Shown here: one piece after another, positions 51,040 through 62,366 of the stretch
How the letters are laid out: every line of letters begins with the position of its first letter
Position numbering within the stretch: the first letter of the stretch is position 1
DNA from: Ylistrum balloti
Lineage: Eukaryota
DNA: 64,000 bases
Reading direction: 5' to 3'
NCBI RefSeq assembly: GCF_031769215.1
Contig: NW_026782555.1
Span: 806,001 to 870,000 of the forward strand
Program-made: the position numbers and the translations under genes
The notes under the pieces: model-generated
Told to the model about the DNA's origin: nothing
Seen by the model: the letters and a program-made list of their open reading frames with translations, nothing else
Database searches by the model: none

Positions 51040-54000
51040 TAGATAATGCCCCTCGTGGTGTGTATCCCTCCACCCTGACACAGACATTCACTGTATAAGT
51101 ATATAGTGCCCTCGTGGTGTGTATCCCTCCACCCTGACACAGACATTCACTGTATAAGTATATAGCCCCCCTCGTGGTGTGTATCCCTCCACCCTGACAC
51201 AGACAATCACTGTATAAGTATATAGTCCCCCTCGTGGTGTGTCTCCCCTCCACCCTGACACAGACATTCATTGTATAAGTATATAGTCCCCCTCGTGGTG
51301 TGTCTCCCCTCCATCCTGACACAGACAATCATTGTATAAGTATATAGTCCCCCTCGTGCTGTGTCTCCCCTCCATCCTGACACAGACAATCATTGTATAA
51401 GTATATAGTCCCCCTCGTCGTGTGTCTCCCCTCCAACCTGACACAGACAATCATTGTATAAGTATATAGTCCCCCTCGTGGTGTGTCTCCCCTCCACCCT
51501 GACACAGACATTCATTGTATAAGTATATAGTCCCCCTCGTGGTGTGTATCCCCTCCACCCTGACACAGACAATCATTGCATAAGTATATTGTGTCACTCG
51601 TGGTGTGTATCCCCTCCCCCCTGACACAGACAATCACTGTATAAGTATATAGCCCCCCTCGTGTGTGTATCCCCTCCACCCTGACACAGACAATCATTGT
51701 ATAAGTATATAGTCCCCCTCGTGGTGTGTATCCCCTCCACCCTGACACAGACAATCACTGTATAAGTATATAGTCCCCCTCGTGGTGTGTATCCCCTCCC
51801 GCCTGACACAGACAATCACTGTATAAGTATATAGCCCCCCTCGTGTGTGTATCCCCTCCACCCTGACACAGACAATCATTGTATAAGTATATAGTCCCCT
51901 CGTGGTGTGTATCCCCTCCACCCTGACACAGACAATCATTGTATAAGTATATAGTCCCCCTCGTGGTGTGTATCCCCTCCACCCTGACACAGACAATCAT
52001 TGTATAAGAATATAGTCCCCCTCGTGGTGTGTATCCCCTCCCGCCTGACACAGACAATCATTGTATAAGTATATAGTCCCCCTCGTGGTGTGTATCCCCT
52101 CCCGCCTGACACAGACAATCATTGTATAAGTATATAGTCCCCCTCGTGGTGTGTATCCCCTCCCGCCTGACACAGACAATCATTGTATAAGTATATAGTC
52201 CCCCTCGTGTGTGTATCCCCTCCACCCTGACACAGACAATCATTGTATAAGTATATAGTCCCCCTCGTGGTGTGTATCCCCTCCACCCTGACACAGACAA
52301 TCACTGTATAAGTATATAGTCCCCCTCGTGGTGTGTATCCCCTCCACCCTGACACAGACAATCACTGTATAAGTATATAGTGTCCCTCGTGGTGTGTATC
52401 CCCTCCCCCCTGACACAGACAATCACTGTATAAGTATATAGTCCCCCTCGTGGTGTGTCTCCCCTCCACCCTGACACAGACAATCACTGTATAAGTATAT
52501 AGTCCCCCTCGTGGTGTGTATCCCCTCCACCCTGACACAGACAATCACTGTATAAGTATATAGTGTCCCTCGTGGTGTGTATCCCCTCCACCCTGACACA
52601 GACATTCACTGTATAAGTATATAGTCCCCCTCGTGGTGTGTATCCCCTCCCGCCTGACACAGACAATCATTGCATAAGTATATTGTGTCACTCGTGGTGT
52701 GTCTCCCCTCCACCCTGACACAGACATTCATTGTATAAGTATATAGTCCCCCTCGTCGTGTGTATCCCCTCCACCCTGACACAGACAATCACTGTATAAG
52801 TATATAGTCCCCCTCGTGGTGTGTATCCCCTCCCCCCTGACACAGACAATCACTGTATAAGTATATAGTCCCCCTCGTGGTGTGTCTCCCCTCCATCCTG
52901 ACACAGACAATCATTGTATAAGTATAAAGTCCCCCTCGTGGTGTGTCTCCCCTCCACTCTGACACAGACATTCATTGTATAAGTATATAGTCCCCCTCGT
53001 GGTGTGTATCCCCTCCACCCTGACACAGACAATCACTGTATAAGTATATAGTCCCCCTCGTGGTGTGTATCCCCTCCCGCCTGACACAGACAATCATTGC
53101 ATAAGTATATTGTGTCACTCGTGGTGTGTCTCCCCTCCACCCTGACACAGACATTCATTGTATAAGTATATAGTCCCCCTCGTGGTGTGTATCCCCTCCA
53201 CCCTGACACAGACAATCACTGTATAAGTATATAGTCCCCCTCGTGGTGTGTATCCCCTCCCCCCTGACACAGACAATCACTGTATAAGTATATAGTCCCC
53301 CTCGTGGTGTGTATCCCCTCCCCCTGACACAGACAATCACTGTATAAGTATATAGTCCCCCTCGTGGTGTGTATCCCCTCCACCCTGACACAGACAATCA
53401 CTGTATAAGTATATAGTCCCCCTCGTGGTGTGTATCCCCTCCACCCTGACACAGACAATCACTGTATAAGTATATAGTCCCCCTCGTGGTGTGTCTCTCC
53501 TCCACCCTGACACAGACATTCACTGTATAAGTATATAGTCCCCCTCGTGGTGTGTATCCCCTCCCGCCTGACACAGACAATCACTGTATAAGTATATAGT
53601 CCCCCTCGTGGTGTGTATCCCCTCCACACTGACACAGACAATCATTGTATAAGTATATAGTCCCCCTCGTGGTGTGTATCCCCTCCACCCTGACACAGAC
53701 AATCACTGTATAAGTATATAGTCCCCCTCGTGGTGTGTATCCCCTCCCGCCTGACACAGACATTCATTGTATAAGTATATAGTCCCCCTCGTGGTGTGTA
53801 TCCCCTCCCGCCTGACACAGACAATCACTGTATAAGTATATAGCCCCCCTCGTGTGTGTATCCCCTCCACCCTGACACAGACAATCATTGTATAAGTATA
53901 TAGTCCCCCTCGTGGTGTGTCTCTCCTCCACCCTGACACAGACAATCACTGTATAAGTATATAGTCCCCCTCGTGGTATGTATCCCCTCCACCCTGACAC

Positions 54001-54045
54001 AGACATTCATTGTATAAGTATATTGTGTCACTCGTGGAGTGTATC
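51040..54045. repeat. 61-bp minisatellite, ~49 copies
   Basis: Unit tatagtccccctcgtggtgtgtatcccctccaccctgacacagacaatcattgtataagta; source of dozens of 60-aa pseudo-ORFs. Confidence 0.99.
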
Positions 54046-54424
54046 CTCTTCAGCCTGATAGTGGCAAGCTTTTTATAAGTAAATAGCGCCCCTCGAGGTT
54101 TAAATTTTTTCTCCCCAACAGAGACCAGCGTTGTATCAGTATAAAGTGCCCACCGCTACTTGCATCTCTTTCCCTTGATAGATGCAGTCTCTGTATCAGT
54201 ACAGGGATAACAAGTAAAAGTTGATATGGCGATCCTTACAACACGAGGAGAAGATCACCAGGTGTTCCGGAAGGGCAGGCCCTAAAAAGGTGATGAGGTG
54301 AGCGGTTGTTGTAGATAAGTTAAGACCTTGATTTAAAAATGTAAAACAATGTCAGAAAAGATCAAAGACAGCACGTCGTCGAAATATCGTTATCACCAAT
54401 CAGAAAGTTGTAACGTGAAGAAAA

Positions 54425-54812
54425 GTATGATGTGGATCACATCAGGAGAGAAAAAGCTGTATGATGTGGATCACATCAGGAGAGAAGCAGCTGTATGACG
54501 TGGATCACATCAGGAGAGAAACAGCTGTATGACGTGGACACATCAGGAGAGAAACAGCTGTATGACGTGGATCACATCCGGAGAGAAACAGCTGTATGAT
54601 GTGGATCACATCAGGAGAGAAATAACTGTATGACATGGATCGCATCATGAGAGAAACAGGTGTTTGACGTGGATCAGATCAGGAGAGAAACAGCTGTATG
54701 GCATTGATCAGATCGTGAGAGAAACAGCTGTATGACGTGGATCACATAAGGAGAGAAACAGCTGTATGACGTGGATCACATCTGGAGAGAAACAGCGGTA
54801 TGACGTGGATCA
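54425..54812 (+). repeat. 34-bp minisatellite, ~11 copies, hammerhead-derived
   Basis: Unit tatga(t/c)gtggatcacatcaggagagaaacagctg; shares gaaacagctgtatgatg with the hammerhead at 38850-38893. Confidence 0.95.
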
Positions 54813-55130
54813 CGCCATATTGTATATTGATATTTCCTGACTGATTGAATAGCAAAACAATTGTCGGTCCGAGGCAAAGTTATACTTTGTCGTTACTCGA
54901 TGTCCCAGATCTATACACTGGAAATAGGTCACGTGAATGACATTATTCCTAGCTGCACATATGTTGTAACAGTCTGGTGTGTGTAATACAATTTGTAAAA
55001 CATCGTATTATCTACACAGTTCACTTTTATTGATTGCTCTAAAGAGAATGACTAACAATGAGTTACTGTAGAAATTAATCTTACAGGACGTAATTCAGGT
55101 CATAAGAATAACACGGAGCTCGGCAAAGAT

Positions 55131-55527
55131 TACAGAATTACCACTAGGCTTGGTCTAGTCAACAGAATTACCACCAGGCTTGGTCTAGTCAACAGAATTA
55201 CCACTAGGCTTGGTCTAGTCAACAGAATTACCACTAGGCTTGGTCTAGTCAACAGAATGAATTACCACTAGGCTTGGTCTAGTCAACAGAATGAATTACT
55301 ACCAGGCTTGGTCTAGTCAACAGAATTACCACCAGGTTCGGTCTAGTCGATAAAATTACCACCAGGCTGGGTCTAGTCGACAAAATTACCACCAGGCTCG
55401 GTCTAGTCGATAGAATTACCACCAGGCTCGGTCTAGTCGACAAAATTACCACCAGGCTGGGTCTAGTCGACAAAATTACCACCAGGCTCGGTCTAGTCGA
55501 TAGAATTACCACCAGGCTGGGTCTAGT
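55131..55527. repeat. 30-bp minisatellite, ~13 copies
   Basis: Unit agaattaccaccaggcttggtctagtcaac. Confidence 0.97.
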
Positions 55528-58127
55528 TGTCCTTGATTGTTATCTTTGGACCAGTGTGTTGATGTCCTTGATTGTTATATGTGGACCAGTGTATTGTTGT
55601 CCTTGATTGTTATCTGTGGACCAGTGTGTAGTTGTCTTTGATTGTTATCTGTGGACCAGTGTGTAGTTGTCTTTGATTGTTATCTTTGGACCAGTGTGTT
55701 GATGTCCTTGATTGTTATCTTTGGACCAGTGTGTTGTTGTCCTTGCCTGTTGTCTTTGGACCAGTGTGTTGTTGTCCTTTATAATTGTCTTTGGACTAGT
55801 GTGTTGTTGTCCTTGATTGTTATCTTTGGACCAGTGTGTTGATGTCCTTTATTATTGTCTTTGGACTAGTATGTAGTTGTCCTTGATTGTTGTCTGTGGA
55901 CCAGTGTGTTGATGCCCTTTATTATTGTCTTTGGACTAGTATGTAGTTGTCCTTGATATTTGTCTTTCGACCAGTGTGTTTTTGTCCTTTATTATTGTCT
56001 TTGGACCAGTGTGATGTTGTCCTTGACTGTTGTCTGTGGACCAGTATGTAGTTGTCCTTGATTGTTGTCTGTGGACCAGTGTGTTGTTGTCCTTGATTGT
56101 TGTCTTTAAACCAGTGTGTTTTTGGCCTTGACTGTTGTCTTTGGACCAGTGTGTGGTTGTCCTTGATTGTTATCTTTGGACCAGTGTGTTGTTGTCCTTG
56201 ATTGTTATCTTTCGACCAGTGTGTTTTTGTCCTTTATTATTGTCTTTGGACCAGTGTGATGTTGTCCTTGACTGTTGTCTGTGGACCAGTATGTTCTTGC
56301 CATTAATTGTTGTCTTTGGACCAGTGTGTTGTTGTCCTTGATTGTTATCTTTGGACCAGTGTGTTGTTGTCCTTGATTGTTATCTTTGGACCAGTGTGTT
56401 GATGTCCTTGATTGTTATCTTTGGACCAGTCCTTGATTGTTATCTTTGGACCAGTGTGTTGATGTCCTTTATTATTGTCTTTGGACTAGTATGTAGTTGT
56501 CCTTGATTGTTGTCTGTGGACCAGTGTGTTGTTGTCCTTGATTGTTGTCTTTGGGCCAGTCTGTTTTTGTCCTTGACTGTTGTCTTTGGACTAATATGTA
56601 GTTGTCCTTGATTGTTGTCTGTGGACCAGTGTGTTGTTGTCCTTGATTGTTGTCTTTGGGCCAGTCTGTTTTTGTCCTTGACTGTTGTCTTTGGACTAGT
56701 ATGTAGTTGTCCTTGATTGTTGTCTGTGGACCAGTGTGTTGTTGTCCTTGATTGTTGTCTTTAAACCAGTGTGTTTTTGTCCTTAACTGTTGTCTTAGGA
56801 CCAGTGTGTTGTTGTCCTTAACTGTTGTCTTTGGACCAGTGTGTTGTTGTCCTTGATTGTTATCTTTGGACCAGTGTGTTGTTGTCCTTGATTGTTATCT
56901 TTCGACCAGTGTGTTTTTGTCCTTTATTATTGTCTTTGGACCAGTGTGATGTTGTCCTTGACTGTTGTCTGTGGACCAGTATATAGTTGTCCTTGATTGT
57001 TGTCTTTGGACCAGTGTGATGTTGTCCTTGATTGTTGTCTTTGGACCAGTGTGTTGTTGTCCTTGATTGTTGTCTTTGGACCAGTGTGTTGTTGTCCTTG
57101 ATTGTTATCTTTGGACCAGTGTGTTGTTGTCCTTGATTGTTATCTTTGGACCAGTGTGTTGATGTCCTTTATTATTGTCTTTGGACTAGTATGTAGTTGT
57201 CCTTGATTGTTGTCTGAGGACCAGTGTGTTGTTGTCCTTGATTGCTGTCTTTGGACCAGTGTGATGTTGTCCTTGATTGTTGTCTTTGGACCAGTGTGCT
57301 GTTGTCCTTGATTGATGTCTTTGGACCAGTGTATTGTTGTCCTTGATTGTTATCTTTGGACCAGTGTGTAGTTGTCCTTGATTGTTATCTTTGGACCAGT
57401 GTGTTGATGTCCTTTATTATTGTCTTTGGACCAGTGTGTTGTTGTCCTTGATTGTTGTCTTTGGACCAGTGTGTTGTTGTCCTTGATTGTTGTCTTTGGA
57501 CCAGTGTGTTGTTGTCCTTGACTGTTGTCTTAGGACCAGTGTGTTGTTGTCCTTTATAATTGTCTTTGGACTAGTGTGTTGTTGTCCTTGATTGTTATCT
57601 TTGGACCAGTGTGATCTTGTCCTTGGTTGTTGTCTTTGGACCAGTGTGCTGTTGTCCTTGATTGTTGTCTTTTAACCAGTGTGTTGTTGTCCTTGATTGT
57701 TATCTTTGGACCAGTGTGTTGATGTCCTTCATTATTGTCTTTGGACTAGTATGTAGTTGTCCCTGATTGTTGTCTGTGGACCAGTGTGTTGTTGTCCTTG
57801 ATTGTTGTCTTTTAACCAGTGTGTTGTTGTCCTTGACTGTTGTCTTAGGACCAGTGTGTTGTTGTCCTTTATAATTGTCTTTGGACTAGTGTGTTGTTGT
57901 CCTTGATTGTTATCTTTGGACCAGTTATCTTTGTCTTTACCAGTGTGTTGTTGTCCTTGTTTGTTGTCTTTGGACAAGTGTGTTGTTGTCCTTGACTGTT
58001 GTCTTTGGACCAGTGTGTTGTTGTCCTTTATAATTGTATTTGGACTAGTGTGTTGTTGTCCTTGATTGTTATCTTTGGACCAGTGTGATCTTGTCCTTGA
58101 CTGTTGTCTTTGGACCAGTGTGTTGAT
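55526..58127. repeat. 35-bp minisatellite, ~74 copies
   Basis: Unit ttggaccagtgtgttgttgtccttgattgttatct. Confidence 0.98.
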
Positions 58128-59689
58128 CTAATATTTATTTTTGCTGTGACCTTTATACTAGAACAAAAATGATGAGAGCAAATTCTGGAAAAGGTAATTT
58201 TCAGACCATACATATTGCATTTGACCCCCCTCCTCCCCGCCCCATTCGCCCCCTCTTTAAAGGCTAACCTTTTATTTAATATTACAACGCTAAGCTACTT
58301 CCATCAACTGTACAATGTTCTCGTCCAAATATCCAGGCAATTGAAACATTCAATTATTGGTAAAAGTGGGACGAAATGTGAGGACGGAACTGGTGCTAAT
58401 ATAACCCGAACTATAGCATTATTGCTAGAATTAATGTCACGGTGGTGTTTTAAAGAGCGTGATCACGCTGGAGATGTCTGTCATTACGATTTTGTTATCG
58501 GATGTGTCTTCCTTGTTCTGTTTGCTACAGTACATGTTTAAATGAAGACTGAGTGCAAATTGTTGACTCATGGTATTTTCTGTCCATTATTCACATTTTT
58601 ATGTCAGTGCCAAGTCCAAGTTTCGAACGGAATACAGCCATCTATTGGCTAACAATGAAATTCTCGTTTGTCAATACGAAAAAAAGAAAGAAAAGTACAT
58701 ATGTATGGGCAAAAGTAGACCGCACAATATTGAGTAAAGGAAACAGAAATATATCCAAAAGCTTAAACAAGTTGTTTCAAACTAGATGACATTGTAGTTG
58801 AACCTTTGTTCAAACTTCTGGGGGTATGGTAGAGGAAACACTAAGAAATTCTGGGGGATATGACAGTTTAAAATATCAATCTAATGTGTGAAGATATGAC
58901 AGTGAGGTCATTTGTCATCATTAGCACAAGTTGGAACAAAGTAATACATATTCTGTTGAGCTGTTTTTGGTGATTGTCCTAATTCTTAGAGTTTCCGGTC
59001 ACCTATCATAAATTTTACCATTTACAACACTAATCTGTCTAATGTACTTCCTCTACTTTACTCACCTGCTTAATTAAGCAGCTTTTTCTGCTCTTTAGGA
59101 GGTGACTTGTAAAGGTCGTGCTATATTTTGAATTTACTATGATCGTCTTACTATAAATAAGTAAGACATGGATGTGATTATCGCATCGTATAAAGAAGAA
59201 GCAACATCTGTAGGAATTATATCCAATATTAGGATTTTTTACATCGAATTATCGACTTTGTGCTGGCCCATATCTATCAACATTACTTTACGGTTATTGT
59301 TTACGGGGATTCCCTTTATTTCTGTTATATAATGCATTCCTTGTGTTAATGTTGTTCTGGTGTTCCTTATCATCATATTGTTTTCGTGTTCCCTGTATTT
59401 CCTTTGTTCTAGTATTCCTTGTTTATGTTTTTCTTGTGTCCCTGACGTCTCTCTTGTTCTAGTGATCCATGTGTTCCTGATTTTCATGTTGCTCTGGTTT
59501 TCCCATGTGTTCCTATTGTATCTTGTGTTCCCTGCGATCATGTTGTTCTGATGTTTCTATTGTTTCAGTGTTCCTTAGAACCTTGTTGTTTTAGTGTTCC
59601 CTATTTTCCTCTTATTCTGGTTTTCCCTCTGTTTCTGTTGATCTTGTGTTCATGTTTTCATGTTGTTCTAGTGTTACATGTGTTCCTTT

Positions 59690-60665
59690 GTTCTAGTATT
59701 GCATGTGTTTCTGTTTTTCTAGTGTCACATGTGTTCCTATTGTTGAAGTGTTGCATGTGTTCCTGTTGTTCTAGTGTTACCCGTGGTCCTGTTGTTCTAG
59801 TATTACCTGTGTTTCTGTTGTTCTAGTGTTACCTGTGTTCCTGTTGTTCTAGTGTTACCTGTGTTCCTATTGTTGAAGTGTTGCATGTGTTCCTGTTGTT
59901 CTAGTGTTACCTGTGTTCCTATTGTTGAAGTGTTGCATGAGTTCCTGTTGTTCTAGTGTTACCCGTGGTCCTGTTGTTCTAGTATTACCTGTGTTTCTGT
60001 TGTTCTACTACAACCTATGGTCTTGTTGTTTTAGTTGTCCGCGTGTTCCTCTTGTTTCATTGCTAGTTATTTTCTTGTCGTTGTTCTGTGTTCCATTTGT
60101 TCCCTATGTTTCTTTTGTTCAGATGTTCTATGTTTTCCTCTTGTTCTAGTGTACCCTATGTTCCTGTCGATCTGGTATTTTTGTGTCATTGTTATTCTGT
60201 TGTTCTCTATGTTCCTCTTGTTCTAGTGTACCCTATGTTCCTGTCGATCTGGTATTTTTGTGTCCTTGTTATTCTGGTGTTCTCTATGTTCCTCTTGTTC
60301 TAGTGTACCCTATGTTCCTGTCGATCTGGTGTTCTTGTGTCCTTGTTATTCTGGTGTTCTCTGTGTTCCTCTTGTTCTAGTGTACCCTATGTTCCTGTCG
60401 ATCTGGTATTTTTGTGTCCTTGTTATTCTGGTGTTCTCTATGTTCCTCTTGTTCTAGTGTACCCTATGTTCCTGTGTGTTCTTGTGTCCTTGTTATTCTG
60501 GTGTTCCTATGTTCCTCTTGAGTGTACCCTATGTTCCTGGTGTTCTTGTGTCCTTGTTATTCTGGTGTTCTCTATGTTCCTCTTGTTCTAGTGTACCCTA
60601 TGTTCCTGTTGATCTGGTGTTCTTGTGTCCTTGTTATTCTGGTGTTCTCTGTGTTCCTCTTGTTA
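59690..60665. repeat. 26-bp minisatellite grading into a 77-bp (26+25+26) trimer repeat; degenerate extension back to ~59330
   Basis: Monomer gttcctgttgttctagtgttacctgt; 77-bp periodicity at 60183, 60260, 60337. Confidence 0.92.
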
Positions 60666-61494
60666 TAGTGTTCCTCCTCTAATTACTTTGCTGTCTTTTT
60701 CGAAGCCTCTTAAAATCAATTTTATTTTTCTATTTTTGCTACCGAATAATGTAGTGGATTTCAGTCTATATGAAACAGCCTCGATATACACCCAACCTAG
60801 AAACGACTCCTTGCTCACAGGACAAAATAACAACATCTAGATTGGTTTGGCACAGCAGAATTATATATTGGATTTATATTATGTAACGGAACTGTCAACT
60901 GACAAACAAACATAAGAGAAACGCTGATAAGATAACGGTCTAACATTCTTACCAAATTGTTTTTGGGGGAAAATCGATGTAATTTAAAACCCTTTATCAA
61001 ATCGTGTCGACTATTACCTGTGTTTCGCTGATGGGCTCTCATCCTCGGGAATTGATAATAAGTTTCAAAAAACTTTTTGTCCATATCAACATGAAATATA
61101 TTGTTGCTATGGCAATTTCAGAGTCATGAAAACGCTTATCTATAGTTACTTTTATTTTGGTTAATTTAGTAAAACTTGTAAGAATGCGTCTAGACGACGG
61201 TAAAGATAAAATTATGTTGTACATTCATATCAAGATCTTTAGGACACTTAAGGTAAAGCTGAAGAGAATGGAGAGTCAAGACGCCAAAAGGGGATGTATG
61301 GATTCAGTTAACGTTTTCGAGCAACCATTATTACAATTTTTTTTTATTAAAGTCTGTTTCAAGAAGTACCGGATCCCAGCAGTGATGGGATATGTATCAT
61401 TATCGACGAGAAAATAACAACAAAATACATCAACATAATCATAATCAAAACTCAAACTCAATAAAACTGGAGCAAAATATAAACAGAAGACACA

Positions 61495-61560
61495 TGAAAA
61501 AGTACAAGAAGAACAAGACCACGTGTTCCGGAAGAGTAAAGCGTCTCCTTTGATGAGTGG
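61495..61560 (-). mobile_element. Short Penelope-like 3' module fragment
   Basis: aagtacaagaagaacaagaccacgtgttccggaagagtaaagcgtctcc matches the same module core. Confidence 0.5.
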
Positions 61561-62352
61561 CGTTATCGATACGTTTAACTAAGGCGTTCATTGGTTAAAA
61601 GTCAATGATGGTAATTCTAATATCTTGAACCTTATTTTTATACATGTAGTAAAGGAGAGGTGACAAATTTGGCTTTTCTGTTGTCGTTCAATGATAAACC
61701 TTACTATTTGTACATTAAATGCCATTTGCATATTCAGGCTTTGTGTGGGGATGTTTCAGCGTTAAAATCGGGAAGAGGGATTGTGATATCAAAATTTGTC
61801 ATCGAAAATTCAAACTCTATATTTGAATGAAAATGAACAGATTTTGTGTTTTATACCGAACGAATATCTGTCTTAATAAAGAAGTTGGATAAAGATCTAC
61901 AACGTACACACATGCCCGGTCAATAGAATGTAGCAATAATGAAAGTCAAGCTACATCCAATTGGTAAAGAAAGAAATCCAAAGTTTGTCAAAATAAATGT
62001 TAAACACTCGGTGGAGTGGAGCTCTAAGCCAATATTGAAATACTACATCATTTTCAATATTGCATTATTTCAATAGCAAAATAAAGTTATATAACGTGCT
62101 AATAAAACGACAATATGACACCACCAGTTTAAATAGTAAATACGTTATACTGAAAGTCACGTGATCTTCAGGTCTAGAGCTAAAGAGTCGTAAATAAGAT
62201 ACTTTATGGGTAACGAGTGGAAGGCATTTAATTTTTAAGCACAAGCTAACTTGAGTTTATATAGGAATTTTTTTTTTAGATTCTTAAGTTTTTAGTTCGT
62301 ATGAAAGAAAATCCTTTTTGCAAACTGAGTGAATGCGCGTAGCGTCAGCATT

Positions 62353-62366
62353 ATTGCCATGGCAAC
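62353..62366. promoter_or_regulatory. RFX X-box-like palindrome ATTGCCATGGCAAC
   Basis: 13/14 match to GTTGCCATGGCAAC; GTCACGTGAT (62156), CCAAT (62641) and GGGCGG (62657) motifs nearby. Confidence 0.35.

Noticed and set aside
51008-54006. Dozens of 60-100-aa ORFs (MSVSGWRG...)
   Set aside because: Artefact of the 61-bp repeat cycling through three frames.
40315-60680. Possible CRISPR arrays
   Set aside because: Head-to-tail units with no unique spacers, no cas genes, and a eukaryotic context.
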